From the IMG/VR virus record IMGVR_UViG_3300009426_001070, positions 1-59,282 of that record: 59,282 bases of DNA; one strand, written 5' to 3'. The DNA is from a virus. Its lineage: Duplodnaviria; Caudoviricetes. Made by a program: the position numbers and the translations under genes. This document shows, one piece after another, positions 29,391-38,888 of the stretch. Every line of letters starts with the position of its first letter. Within the stretch, counting starts at the first letter, position 1. A model generated the notes under the pieces. That model made no database searches and had not been told where the DNA came from. It worked only from the letters and a program-made list of their open reading frames with translations.

Positions 29391-30371
29391 ATGAATAATA
29401 AAAGTATCTTCGAAGAACAAATTAGCAGAAAACCAAATCAGTACCCTTGGACTGATAAGTTTATTGATGTCATGCATGATGGACATTGGACTCACAGAGA
29501 GTTTAATTTCTCTTCAGATATCCAAGACTTTAAGACTAAGCTAAGTGCACAAGAAAAACAGATCATAATTAGAGCTCTATCGGCTATTGGGCAGATTGAA
29601 ATAGCAGTGAAAACTTTTTGGGCTAAATTGGGAGATAATCTCCCCCATCCATCAATTCAAGACATGGGATATGTTATGGCTAACATCGAAGTTATTCATA
29701 ATGATGCTTACGAAAGGCTTATAGATGTTTTGGATATGCAGGATGTTTTTGAAGAAAATTTGAAGCTAGAGTGGATTCAGGGAAGAGTGAAGTATCTTAA
29801 AAAATATACTCATAGATACTACAAAGACAGTAAGAAGCAGTTTGTTTACGCTCTAATTCTCTTTACATTGTTCGTTGAAAATGTAAGTCTTTTTAGTCAA
29901 TTTTATATTATCAATTGGTTTGGTCGAAAAAATTATCTTAAAGACACCAGACAAATGACTGCATATACAGTATTAGAAGAAGACATTCATTCAAAAGTTG
30001 GAATTAAGTTGGTGAATACTATTCGCAATGAAATGCCAGAACTTTTCGATGACGAGCTTGAAGAAAGAATACTGCATGAAGCTGAAGAGGCATTCAAGTC
30101 TGAATCAAAAATTGTAGACTGGATGGTAAATGGGGTTGACGAAAATGGTCTTTCTGCACCAATCTTAAAGGAGTTTATAAAGCAAAGAATCAATGAATCC
30201 TTGGATCAAATTGGATATAAAAAGAAGTTCGAAGTCAATGAGGAGTTGCTTCAAGAAACTACTTGGTTCGATGAAGAAGTTTTGGGCAATGCAATGACTG
30301 ACTTCTTTAATTCTAGACCAGTGGAATATGCTAAAAACAACAAGAGCTTTGACGAAGGAGATTTATTTTAA
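29391..30371 (+). CDS. nrdB: Ribonucleotide reductase class Ia beta subunit
   Basis: EVIHNDAY, VENVSLFSQF, EEDIH, DFFNSRPVEY. Confidence 0.95.
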   Translation: MNNKSIFEEQISRKPNQYPWTDKFIDVMHDGHWTHREFNFSSDIQDFKTKLSAQEKQIIIRALSAIGQIEIAVKTFWAKLGDNLPHPSIQDMGYVMANIEVIHNDAYERLIDVLDMQDVFEENLKLEWIQGRVKYLKKYTHRYYKDSKKQFVYALILFTLFVENVSLFSQFYIINWFGRKNYLKDTRQMTAYTVLEEDIHSKVGIKLVNTIRNEMPELFDDELEERILHEAEEAFKSESKIVDWMVNGVDENGLSAPILKEFIKQRINESLDQIGYKKKFEVNEELLQETTWFDEEVLGNAMTDFFNSRPVEYAKNNKSFDEGDLF

Positions 30372-30475
30372 AAAAATAAATCAGGGAAACACATTAATGA
30401 GAATTTAATAAGGAAATTCTCACAAATTAAAATCAAAATGTATAATAATAAATATATATTAAAGAGACTTAAACT

Positions 30476-32128
30476 ATGAAGAAATATTACTGGCTAAACG
30501 AAGATTCTAAAACATTCCTTAAAAGAGGTTATTTAAAAAAGGGGCAAGAAGCAGAAGACAGATACAAGGAGATTGCGGAAAATGCAGAAAAAATACTTAA
30601 AATAAAGGGATTCGCTGAAAAATTCGAAGACTATTTGAGCAGGGGTTTTTATTCGATAGCTTCGCCCATCATTTCTAATTTTGGTAATGAAAGGGGGTTC
30701 TCTGTTAGTTGTTTTAACTCATACATTCCCGATGAAACTGCTGGCATTTTTGATAAGGTCGGGGAGGTTGGTATTATGTCAAAAATGGGAGGAGGAACAT
30801 CTGGTTATTTCGGAGACTTAAGGGCTAGAGGATCTTTAATTCAAAACGGAGAGGGCGGCCAGTCCGATGGTGCTGTAAGATTTATGGAGCTGTTTGATAA
30901 AACTGCTGATGTCATTAGTCAAGGCAGCCAGAGAAGGGGCTCTTTTGCTGCTTACCTTCCTGTAGAGCATAAAGATATTGAAGAGTTTCTTTTGATCAGA
31001 GAAGACGGTAATCCCATCCAAAATATGAGTATTGGGGTTACAATAACTGATGACTGGATGGATTCAATGAAGAGTGGCGACAAGGATAAGAGAAAAATTT
31101 GGGGCAAAATCATTAAAAAGAGATTTGAAACTGGATATCCATATTTGTTTTTTACAGATACGGTAAACAACTCAAACCCAGAATGCTACAAGGATAAGAA
31201 TATAAAGGTTAATGCCTCCAATTTATGTTCGGAGATAACGGGCGTTAGCGATAGTGATAATTCTTTTGTATGCGTACTTTCTTCTCTAAATTTGTTAAAT
31301 TGGGATGAAATAATTAAAACTGACGCAATTGAAACTTTAATTTATTTTTTAGACGCTGTAAACGAAGAGTTCATTCAAAAAAGTGAAGGTGTTAGATATA
31401 TGGAAACCGCACATAACTTTGCGAAAAAATATAGAATGCTCGGCTCTGGTGTATTGGGTTGGCACTCCTACCTTCAGTCTAAAAATATTCCCTTTGAGAG
31501 CTTGGAAGCAAAGATCAAAAATAGTCAAATTTTCGAAGAAATTCAAAAAAAGAGCCACAAAGCCTCTATGGATTTAGCTAAAAAATATGGAGAACCCGAA
31601 GGCTTAAAGGGCTTTGGTATGCGCAACAGCCATACCAACGCAGTTGCACCAACAACTTCCTCAAGCTTTATTTTGGGGCAAGTATCTCCATCAATAGAAC
31701 CCCTAAACAGCAATTATTTTGTAAAAAAGCTGGCTAAAGGAAACTTCACATACAAAAACCCGTTTTTGCTGGAGCTTCTTGTGGAGAAGGGTGAAAATAC
31801 GGCAAGTGTTTGGCGGTCTATATTAACACATGGGGGATCTGTTCAGCATCTGGATATTCTAACCGAAAAAGAAAAGAGCGTCTATAAAACTTTTGGAGAG
31901 ATATCTCAAAAAGAAATTATCATTCAGGCAGCTAACCGTCAAAAATTTATTGATCAATCGCAGTCTCTAAATATCATGGTTCCATCATCGGCCAAGCCGA
32001 AGGAAGTAAGCGATCTAATGATTTTGGCTCACGAAATGGGTGTTAAAACCTTATATTACCAAAGAAGCTCTAACCCCTCACAAGAATTGTCTCGAAATAT
32101 CATGAATTGTACTTCTTGCGAGGGGTAA
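30476..32128 (+). CDS. nrdA: Ribonucleotide reductase class Ia alpha subunit (short, no ATP cone)
   Basis: VSCF, SNLCSEI, APTTSSS, KTLYY, C-terminal CTSCEG. Confidence 0.95.
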   Translation: MKKYYWLNEDSKTFLKRGYLKKGQEAEDRYKEIAENAEKILKIKGFAEKFEDYLSRGFYSIASPIISNFGNERGFSVSCFNSYIPDETAGIFDKVGEVGIMSKMGGGTSGYFGDLRARGSLIQNGEGGQSDGAVRFMELFDKTADVISQGSQRRGSFAAYLPVEHKDIEEFLLIREDGNPIQNMSIGVTITDDWMDSMKSGDKDKRKIWGKIIKKRFETGYPYLFFTDTVNNSNPECYKDKNIKVNASNLCSEITGVSDSDNSFVCVLSSLNLLNWDEIIKTDAIETLIYFLDAVNEEFIQKSEGVRYMETAHNFAKKYRMLGSGVLGWHSYLQSKNIPFESLEAKIKNSQIFEEIQKKSHKASMDLAKKYGEPEGLKGFGMRNSHTNAVAPTTSSSFILGQVSPSIEPLNSNYFVKKLAKGNFTYKNPFLLELLVEKGENTASVWRSILTHGGSVQHLDILTEKEKSVYKTFGEISQKEIIIQAANRQKFIDQSQSLNIMVPSSAKPKEVSDLMILAHEMGVKTLYYQRSSNPSQELSRNIMNCTSCEG

Positions 32129-32163
32129 TTCACTATTTTATAAATTTAATGTAATAAAATATT

Positions 32164-32565
32164 ATGATAGAAAAACTTTTTCATACAACTTTGGGTAGGT
32201 TGTTCGGCGTTCTAGCTATATCTGTGGTAACTTGGGTCGGGACTGTTATAGTCGGACACTGGAACACAAAAGTGGCATCACCTCAATACGTTGATCAGAA
32301 AGTTAACGAGATTTTTAATAACGTTCAATCTACAATCCTCATCGGAGATAACAAGGTTAATGAAGAGCTGCTCGAAATCAAGATAAAGAGTAATAAGGAT
32401 CAAGAGAAATTATTCAATGAAGTTCAAAAAATGAGGGAGTCTACAATGGTTTTTCAAACTCAGATTTCATCGGATATGAATTATTTGAAAAAAACGGTAG
32501 GTGATATCGAGCAAGATATAAAAGAAAACGAAAACAGATTAAGAGAAGTTGAATCAAGAAATTAA
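32164..32565 (+). CDS. Membrane-anchored coiled-coil protein
   Basis: N-terminal TM helix; TGTAA motif upstream. Confidence 0.65.
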   Translation: MIEKLFHTTLGRLFGVLAISVVTWVGTVIVGHWNTKVASPQYVDQKVNEIFNNVQSTILIGDNKVNEELLEIKIKSNKDQEKLFNEVQKMRESTMVFQTQISSDMNYLKKTVGDIEQDIKENENRLREVESRN

Positions 32566-32869
32566 AGATATTAAGTCTCAGTTGTCTGAAGATATTCAGA
32601 ATAATGTTGATTACGTAGACAAGTCTGCTGTCTTAGCTCTAAAAATGCACAAATGGGCGTCTAGCAAAAGATTTGAAAATGATAGGGTGTTAGATGCATA
32701 TTCTTTATGTTTAAAGGACAGGGAGGGCACAAAATTTTATTTGAAAAAAATTAAAGCATGTAGAAGTCCAGAAAAATTATTTAGCTGGCTTGAGGAATAC
32801 TCTAATTTCTTTGAAAAAATAGAAAAAAACTTGAAAAACTTGACTGCTTTAATAAAAAAGTGTGTTTAA
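32549..32869 (+). CDS. Hypothetical protein
   Basis: 106-aa ORF, TTG start. Confidence 0.55.
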   Translation: MNQEIKDIKSQLSEDIQNNVDYVDKSAVLALKMHKWASSKRFENDRVLDAYSLCLKDREGTKFYLKKIKACRSPEKLFSWLEEYSNFFEKIEKNLKNLTALIKKCV

Positions 32870-32918
32870 ATAAATCCTATACCTTTCTCATTTTCAGAAT
32901 TTTATTGTAATATATTTT

Positions 32919-33176
32919 ATGAAATGGAATAAAACAGGTAAAAACTATTCAGTTTCTTGTGATGGTGTAGAAACTACTTTCAATCTTGACGGGATGATAG
33001 TAACTAAGAAATTCGTATCTCAAGAAGAGGCTATTAAATTTTTAATTATTAACAATTATAAGCCTTTTGATATAGACAAAGACACTCCAGAAGAACGCCC
33101 CACACCAAAACAAGACGACTTCAAAACAAAAGATTATAATTCAAAGAAATCTTTTAAAAGAATAGTTGAAAAATAA
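32919..33176 (+). CDS. Hypothetical protein
   Basis: TGTAA motif 13 nt upstream. Confidence 0.65.
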   Translation: MKWNKTGKNYSVSCDGVETTFNLDGMIVTKKFVSQEEAIKFLIINNYKPFDIDKDTPEERPTPKQDDFKTKDYNSKKSFKRIVEK

Positions 33177-33198
33177 CTCTTTATGCCTAAAATAGGGC

Positions 33199-34299
33199 AT
33201 GAAAAAGATTTTAATTACAGGTGTAAGCGGCCAAGACGGGTCTTTGATGGTGGACTATCTCCTAGAATTGGGTCATGAGGTCTACGGACTCGTTAGACAT
33301 TCCGCATCAGCAAACGACCGAAACTATAGGCACAACCTAGATAATAAAAATTTCCATCTGGTGAGTGGAGATGTTACAGACTTCTCCTGCATGTGTCATG
33401 TAGTCAAGACTATACAGCCAGACTATTTCATCAATTTAGCCGCAATGTCTTTTGTCGCCGAAAGTTGGAATTCCCCAGTATCAACATTCGAAATAAATGC
33501 TAACGGGGTTTTGTATTGTTTAGAGGCTATTAGGCTTCATCAGCCAAAATGTCGCTTTTATTCGGCAGGAACAAGCGAGCAACTATCCGAAGTAGACTAT
33601 GTTCCCCAAGACGAAAATCATAAAAGAACTGCGAAATCTCCATATGGTGCAGCCAAAATAGCGGCAGAGCAATTGGTTAGAGTTTATAGAAATTCTTATA
33701 ACCTATATGCTATTCATGGCATTCTATTTAATCATGAGGGAGTTCGAAGAAACGAATGTTTTGTATCTCGTAAGATTACAAGTAATGTAGCTAGAATAAA
33801 AAAAGAGCTCGACAATGGGAAAATTCTTAAACCATTGGAAATAGGTTTTTTGGATAGTGAAAGAGACTGGTCTGATGCCGGAGATTTTGTCCGTGGAATT
33901 TGGATGATGTTAAATCAAGATCAGTTTAATAAATCTGATAAGTCATGGAATTTAGAAAATTATGATACTAATTTGCTAAAAGAGTATGTATTATCTAGCG
34001 GTGAGTGCCATAGCGTCAGAGAATTTGTTGAAAAAGCGTTTGAAGTGGCTGGAATCAAAGGGTTTTGGGAGGGAGAGAAAGAGCTCGAAAAGTATATTAT
34101 GTTATCAAACGGTTTGCCCGATGAAAAACAAGTCGATTTGGTTAGTATAAACCCAAAGTTTTATCGCCCCTTTGAAGTTACCAAACTACACGGTAGTTAT
34201 GAAAAAATTAAAAAAGATCTAGGATGGGAACCAAAGGTTAATTTTGAAGAATTAGTAAAGAAAATGGTGGAGAATGATATTAAATTGCTTGACAATTAA
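33199..34299 (+). CDS. gmd: GDP-mannose 4,6-dehydratase
   Basis: ITGVSGQDGS, SPYGAAK, GILFNHEG, FVSRKI, RDW. Confidence 0.93.
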   Translation: MKKILITGVSGQDGSLMVDYLLELGHEVYGLVRHSASANDRNYRHNLDNKNFHLVSGDVTDFSCMCHVVKTIQPDYFINLAAMSFVAESWNSPVSTFEINANGVLYCLEAIRLHQPKCRFYSAGTSEQLSEVDYVPQDENHKRTAKSPYGAAKIAAEQLVRVYRNSYNLYAIHGILFNHEGVRRNECFVSRKITSNVARIKKELDNGKILKPLEIGFLDSERDWSDAGDFVRGIWMMLNQDQFNKSDKSWNLENYDTNLLKEYVLSSGECHSVREFVEKAFEVAGIKGFWEGEKELEKYIMLSNGLPDEKQVDLVSINPKFYRPFEVTKLHGSYEKIKKDLGWEPKVNFEELVKKMVENDIKLLDN

Positions 34300-34324
34300 T
34301 ATGTCTTGTGGCATATTAGTTTGA

Positions 34325-34612
34325 ATGAAAGATAAAGTATTAAAAAATAATGAAGAGCCATCAATCATAGAAATCAACAGTGCGATTGATTTATCTAAGC
34401 ATAGATCAAACTCTCTAATTGTAGCTAAAATTGAAAAGTCTGTTTTAGAAAACGAAGAAATGTATAACGCCATGCGAAAACTCTTCGACGATCTTAGACT
34501 AAAAGTTGACATTGATGATACGACTCATTTTATGATTACTGCCGAAGAGGTTGATATTTATTCTTGGACTGAACAGGACCTCTCGGAAATCGGCTGGTCT
34601 AAGAACAAATAA
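34325..34612 (+). CDS. Hypothetical protein
   Basis: TTGACA at 34289. Confidence 0.65.
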   Translation: MKDKVLKNNEEPSIIEINSAIDLSKHRSNSLIVAKIEKSVLENEEMYNAMRKLFDDLRLKVDIDDTTHFMITAEEVDIYSWTEQDLSEIGWSKNK

Positions 34613-34620
34613 ATTTACTA

Positions 34621-35214
34621 ATGATTAGAGCAATCTTTCAGTCTACGGGATTTGAATCTGGCAAATTTGGCAAAAAGGGTAACTATATCTTTTCTGATAT
34701 ATCCCAAGACGATGAGCCCCTCGCTGATAAATATGTTTTTTCACAATTAAAATGCATTAAAAATCTAAAACCCCAAAAAGGGGACGTATTTCAATTTGAT
34801 GCGCAACTGGACTATGAGGATGGTTTAAAGATAAAGAGGCCTAAAAATGTAGTTAAAGTCGATCTATCACACTTAAAAGAAGGTTATGAGTATTGCCTGA
34901 CCAAATTTCTAAAAGAGAGTAGAGTTGTAACAAAGGAAGATTCCAGAAACGAGAAGGTAGCATATATCAGAATGACTACTCTATTTGGAGAGAAATTATT
35001 TAGATATATAACCCTGCCATTTAAGCTAAACTCTCTACACTGGTTTACTACTGAAGATGGTTTAAAATTCTGTAAAGAACAGAAATTAAAAATGGACAAT
35101 TCCGAGAAGGACATTATCATTCATAAGAAGGAGATTAAGCTTGAAAAAAACAAGATTGGCGATGATGTATGTACAAACAATAAGAAGAAAAATTTAATAG
35201 GATTTTTAAAATAG
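34621..35214 (+). CDS. Hypothetical protein
   Basis: 197-aa ORF ahead of RecA. Confidence 0.7.
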   Translation: MIRAIFQSTGFESGKFGKKGNYIFSDISQDDEPLADKYVFSQLKCIKNLKPQKGDVFQFDAQLDYEDGLKIKRPKNVVKVDLSHLKEGYEYCLTKFLKESRVVTKEDSRNEKVAYIRMTTLFGEKLFRYITLPFKLNSLHWFTTEDGLKFCKEQKLKMDNSEKDIIIHKKEIKLEKNKIGDDVCTNNKKKNLIGFLK

Positions 35215-35224
35215 AAATATAATT

Positions 35225-36337
35225 ATGACAACAAAAAAAACAAAAAAGAAAGCAGAGGGTTTAACACCAGAAGAGTTATTGACTCAAACCCTTAAAGATA
35301 ATAAGACAGACCACTACAATTTCCATAACACAACTTATTATGAAATAAGTCAAGGAAGTTTACTTTTAGACTTGCATGTTGGAAAGATTACCCCCGGAGT
35401 TATCCGACATGTTGGCGTTTCTAGAGGTGGAAAAACTTCTCAAATGCTTGAAGATTTAAAGCAATTTTTAAAAGCCATGCCAGATGGAAGGGGGTTTTGG
35501 GTTCTTGCCGAAGGTCGTTTAAGTGAGAAGATTAAAAAGCGTTCTGGGTTGAAATTCGTTTATAATCCAGAAGATTGGGTTGATGGTTCGGTATTCGTAC
35601 TAGAGTCTAATGTTTACGAATTGGTCTTTGATACAATCAGAAAATTACTGGGAAATAATCCATTTAATAAAAAGTATTTTTTTGTTATTGATTCTACAAA
35701 TGGTCTTAAGAGCAAGGCAGATCTAGAAAAGGGAAGCAGTGAAGCAACGAAGGTGGCTGGAGGAGCAGTAATGACTTCCGACTTCCTTAGCAGGGTAACA
35801 CTCGCGATGACAAAGTTTGGACATATTCTCGGTGTCATCGGTCAAGTTAGAGCTAAACCTAAGATTAATCAATATGAAAAACAAGATCCATCCCTATCTA
35901 ATGCAACTGGAGGTAATGCCCTAGATCATTATCCGAACATTTTCCTCCAATACGAACCCAAATATAAGTCAGATATTATTGGTGATGTCAGCGATCCACT
36001 CGGTCATTGGGCTAAAGTAGTTGTGATCAAAACCGATAATGAAAAAACTACTGTCGTTAAATATCCTATTAAATATGATCAGGATGGCAAGGGTGGTTCT
36101 GTTTGGAGGGAGTATGAAATTGCAGATTTAATGCTTCAATGGGGGATGCTGACCAAAGCAGGTGCTTGGCTCAAGATGTGTAGTAATTTAACAAAAGAAC
36201 TAAGAGAGGAAGGCTTTATCGACAAAGAGGACGAAGAGTTTTCAATTCAAGGCATGGATAAGCTTCGCGAATGGCTAGAGCAAAATGGGGAACTCACGGA
36301 CTATATGTTTAATAAGTTTGAGAAGCTTCTTTCTTGA
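35225..36337 (+). CDS. recA: RecA/UvsX-like recombinase
   Basis: Walker A GVSRGGKTS, FVIDS, IGQVR, TGGNAL, KAGAW. Confidence 0.85.
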   Translation: MTTKKTKKKAEGLTPEELLTQTLKDNKTDHYNFHNTTYYEISQGSLLLDLHVGKITPGVIRHVGVSRGGKTSQMLEDLKQFLKAMPDGRGFWVLAEGRLSEKIKKRSGLKFVYNPEDWVDGSVFVLESNVYELVFDTIRKLLGNNPFNKKYFFVIDSTNGLKSKADLEKGSSEATKVAGGAVMTSDFLSRVTLAMTKFGHILGVIGQVRAKPKINQYEKQDPSLSNATGGNALDHYPNIFLQYEPKYKSDIIGDVSDPLGHWAKVVVIKTDNEKTTVVKYPIKYDQDGKGGSVWREYEIADLMLQWGMLTKAGAWLKMCSNLTKELREEGFIDKEDEEFSIQGMDKLREWLEQNGELTDYMFNKFEKLLS

Positions 36338-36735
36338 AGATTAAAAATATATTTGGCAAAGAAGTCAGTAAGTCTTTTAAAAAATATAAAATAGATTGGG
36401 ATAGAAAAGTATCAAATCCTCAAAAAAGAGTAAAAGATATTATTAAAGATTATTGGCTTGCATCAGATTGCTATGAGGAACTTTACATTCCAAGTAGCAA
36501 GCTGAGGTTAGATCTGTTCAATGCTTCTGATAAAACTGTTATTGAAGTTTCTCCGCTACAGCACCAACAATATAATTCTTTTCTTCATGGATCTAGATTG
36601 AGCTATCTTGAATCCCAAAAAAGAGACCTGCAGAAAATAGATTGGTGTAATATAAATAATTTTAAATATATTGAGATTGATGAGGGAGATTTAAAGGGCA
36701 GTGATGAAGATATATTAAATAAAATACTAAGCTAA
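36334..36735 (+). CDS. Vsr/DUF559-like PD-(D/E)XK endonuclease
   Basis: LRLDLF...VIEV..LQH...RDLQKIDWC. Confidence 0.7.
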   Translation: MKIKNIFGKEVSKSFKKYKIDWDRKVSNPQKRVKDIIKDYWLASDCYEELYIPSSKLRLDLFNASDKTVIEVSPLQHQQYNSFLHGSRLSYLESQKRDLQKIDWCNINNFKYIEIDEGDLKGSDEDILNKILS

Positions 36736-36749
36736 TAATTAAATTTGTT

Positions 36750-37187
36750 ATGTTATTTAAAATCATAGGCTCTAACAGAAGGGTGAAACGCGATATAAGC
36801 GACCATATAATAGATTGGGACACCAAAGTAAAAAGGGGTGGCAAAAAAAACTTCGGGAATCTTCAGTACAATGTAAAACAATTATTGAAACCTCATTGGG
36901 GATTACATGTAGTAAATGAAGAGTTCCCTGTCCCTGCGGTAAGAAGCGAAAGGGGGAGAAGTATTGATTTTATTAATTTCACAAAAAGAATTTGCGTTGA
37001 GGTCGATGGCGTACAACATAATAAAAAAAGTTGGTGTCATAAAAATAAATATCAATTTTTCAAACAATTACGTAATGATAATTGGAAAGAAGAGTGGGCA
37101 GAGCTTAATGGTTTTAATATGTTTAGAATCTATGAAACTGACGAATTAAATGATGAATTGTTGTACAAACTTGGAATTCTTTCTTGA
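36750..37187 (+). CDS. Vsr/DUF559-like PD-(D/E)XK endonuclease
   Basis: SIDF...VEVDGVQH...NDNWKEEW. Confidence 0.75.
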   Translation: MLFKIIGSNRRVKRDISDHIIDWDTKVKRGGKKNFGNLQYNVKQLLKPHWGLHVVNEEFPVPAVRSERGRSIDFINFTKRICVEVDGVQHNKKSWCHKNKYQFFKQLRNDNWKEEWAELNGFNMFRIYETDELNDELLYKLGILS

Positions 37188-37217
37188 CTGGATTCCAAAA
37201 ATATGCTAAATTAACTT

Positions 37218-37412
37218 ATGAAAAATAAAGAAAAGCTTAAAAAGGTTAATCTCCTTTTGGACGAAATGAAAGTTTTTGTCGCCTATTTGGAAGATACTCA
37301 TAAAGATTTGAAAACGAGAGAATCGGAATCAGAATTTTGTGATAGACCTTGGGGAGCTATAAAAAATCGTGCTAAATCCTTTAGAAATAGTCTTTTAGAA
37401 TTCTATCGATAA
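37218..37412 (+). CDS. Hypothetical protein
   Basis: TTGACT at 37184. Confidence 0.6.
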   Translation: MKNKEKLKKVNLLLDEMKVFVAYLEDTHKDLKTRESESEFCDRPWGAIKNRAKSFRNSLLEFYR

Positions 37413-37448
37413 GCTTCTCTAGAACCCCCTCTAAGTGTAAAAGTAATT

Positions 37449-38744
37449 ATGGAAAAAAAATTAATTGAAAAATGCGTTTCCATGTTCCGAGACGGAGCAG
37501 GAAAAATGGAAGTGGTCAGACTGATCATGGAACGGACTGGACTAAAAGAAACCGCCGCAAGAAGTAGAGCAACAAATATTTGGAATAATGAATTTGAAGA
37601 GGAGTATATCCCAGTTCAAAATCGCGGTCAGGAAGATTTCAAATCTGAAGATAATGGTTTTAAAACTGGCGGTGCAAGGTTTGACCAGAATGACGAAAAT
37701 AGCGCAATGGCTGAATCTAAAAACGAGAACGTCAGAACCTTGGAAGATTTGCTCGAAATTTGTAATGTTGATTTAGAATACTGGGAAGTCGAAAGACATA
37801 TAATTAATAAATGGGAGGTCGCCGCTAAAGATGGTGTGGGCGATCTTCGGCATTCGCCACTCTATCAGGTAAAGGCTTGGCTAAAAAAACGCGAAGTCAA
37901 AAATGCGGAGGAGGTCGTAAATTATTTTAAAAAATCCTTACAAAGTATTTCTCCAACAATTCAAAAGAGAAATGCTGGCGGACAATATATGTATGAAATT
38001 TCTATACCCGATCTGCATTTGGCTAAACTCGGATGGGAGCCAGAATCTGGGCAGGACTATGATGTTAATATCGCTGCTAATTTATTTAGATCAGCAGTAA
38101 AAGATCTTTTAAATAGAGTGAATTTAGATGAAGTATGTAAAGTTCTTCTTCCAATCGGGAATGACTTCTTTAATTCGGAGGGTCTTTCTGGGGCTACTAC
38201 CGCAGGAACTCGACAAGATGATGATTCTAGATGGCAAAAGTCTTTTAGCGTTGGTTGTAATTTAATCGCAGAAGTTGTTGATGAGTTATCTAAAAAAGTC
38301 AACGTAGATATTGTTATTGTTCAGGGAAACCATGATTTCGAAAGAGATTATTATCTTGGGGAATTCTTGAGGGCTTGGTATAGGGGGAATGAAGCAGTAA
38401 ATATAAATAATAGCCCTAAGTCTCGGAAGTATGTTGAATTTGGAGAAAATCTTATCTTATTTACTCATGGAAATGAAGAAAAGCAGAGCGAGCTTCCTTT
38501 GTTAATGGCTACCGAGCATCCTAGTTTTTCAAAATGTAGATTTAGAACAGCACATTTGGGACACCTTCACCAGACAAGAGTAGTAGAAAACAAAGGGGTT
38601 ACAGTAAAAATCTTACCATCTCTATGCGCTAGTGATGCATGGCATAAAATTAAGGGTTTTTGCGGGAATAGAAGATCTGCTATGGGTTTTGTATATGATC
38701 CAGTTTACGGCGAAGTAGCGAACTACTACTATAACGTAGTTTAG
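37449..38744 (+). CDS. Calcineurin-like metallophosphoesterase with N-terminal helical domain
   Basis: PDLH, GND, GNHD, THG, GHLH. Confidence 0.85.
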   Translation: MEKKLIEKCVSMFRDGAGKMEVVRLIMERTGLKETAARSRATNIWNNEFEEEYIPVQNRGQEDFKSEDNGFKTGGARFDQNDENSAMAESKNENVRTLEDLLEICNVDLEYWEVERHIINKWEVAAKDGVGDLRHSPLYQVKAWLKKREVKNAEEVVNYFKKSLQSISPTIQKRNAGGQYMYEISIPDLHLAKLGWEPESGQDYDVNIAANLFRSAVKDLLNRVNLDEVCKVLLPIGNDFFNSEGLSGATTAGTRQDDDSRWQKSFSVGCNLIAEVVDELSKKVNVDIVIVQGNHDFERDYYLGEFLRAWYRGNEAVNINNSPKSRKYVEFGENLILFTHGNEEKQSELPLLMATEHPSFSKCRFRTAHLGHLHQTRVVENKGVTVKILPSLCASDAWHKIKGFCGNRRSAMGFVYDPVYGEVANYYYNVV

Positions 38745-38773
38745 CTATTTAAAATGAACTCATTATTTAGGCT

Positions 38774-38842
38774 GTGCGTCCGATCCGCATAGTCTATTTA
38801 TTAACTTACGTATGATCTCAAAATCTGTTTCGTGATCATATA
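38774..38842 (+). other. Two intergenic RNA hairpins (terminator or structured element)
   Basis: TAGGCTGTGCG/CGCATAGTCTA stem with G-U pairs; TATGATC/GATCATA stem. Confidence 0.5.
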
Positions 38843-38888
38843 TATTAATTGTACTTGACTAGTAACAAAACTACTATAGAATTACCAT

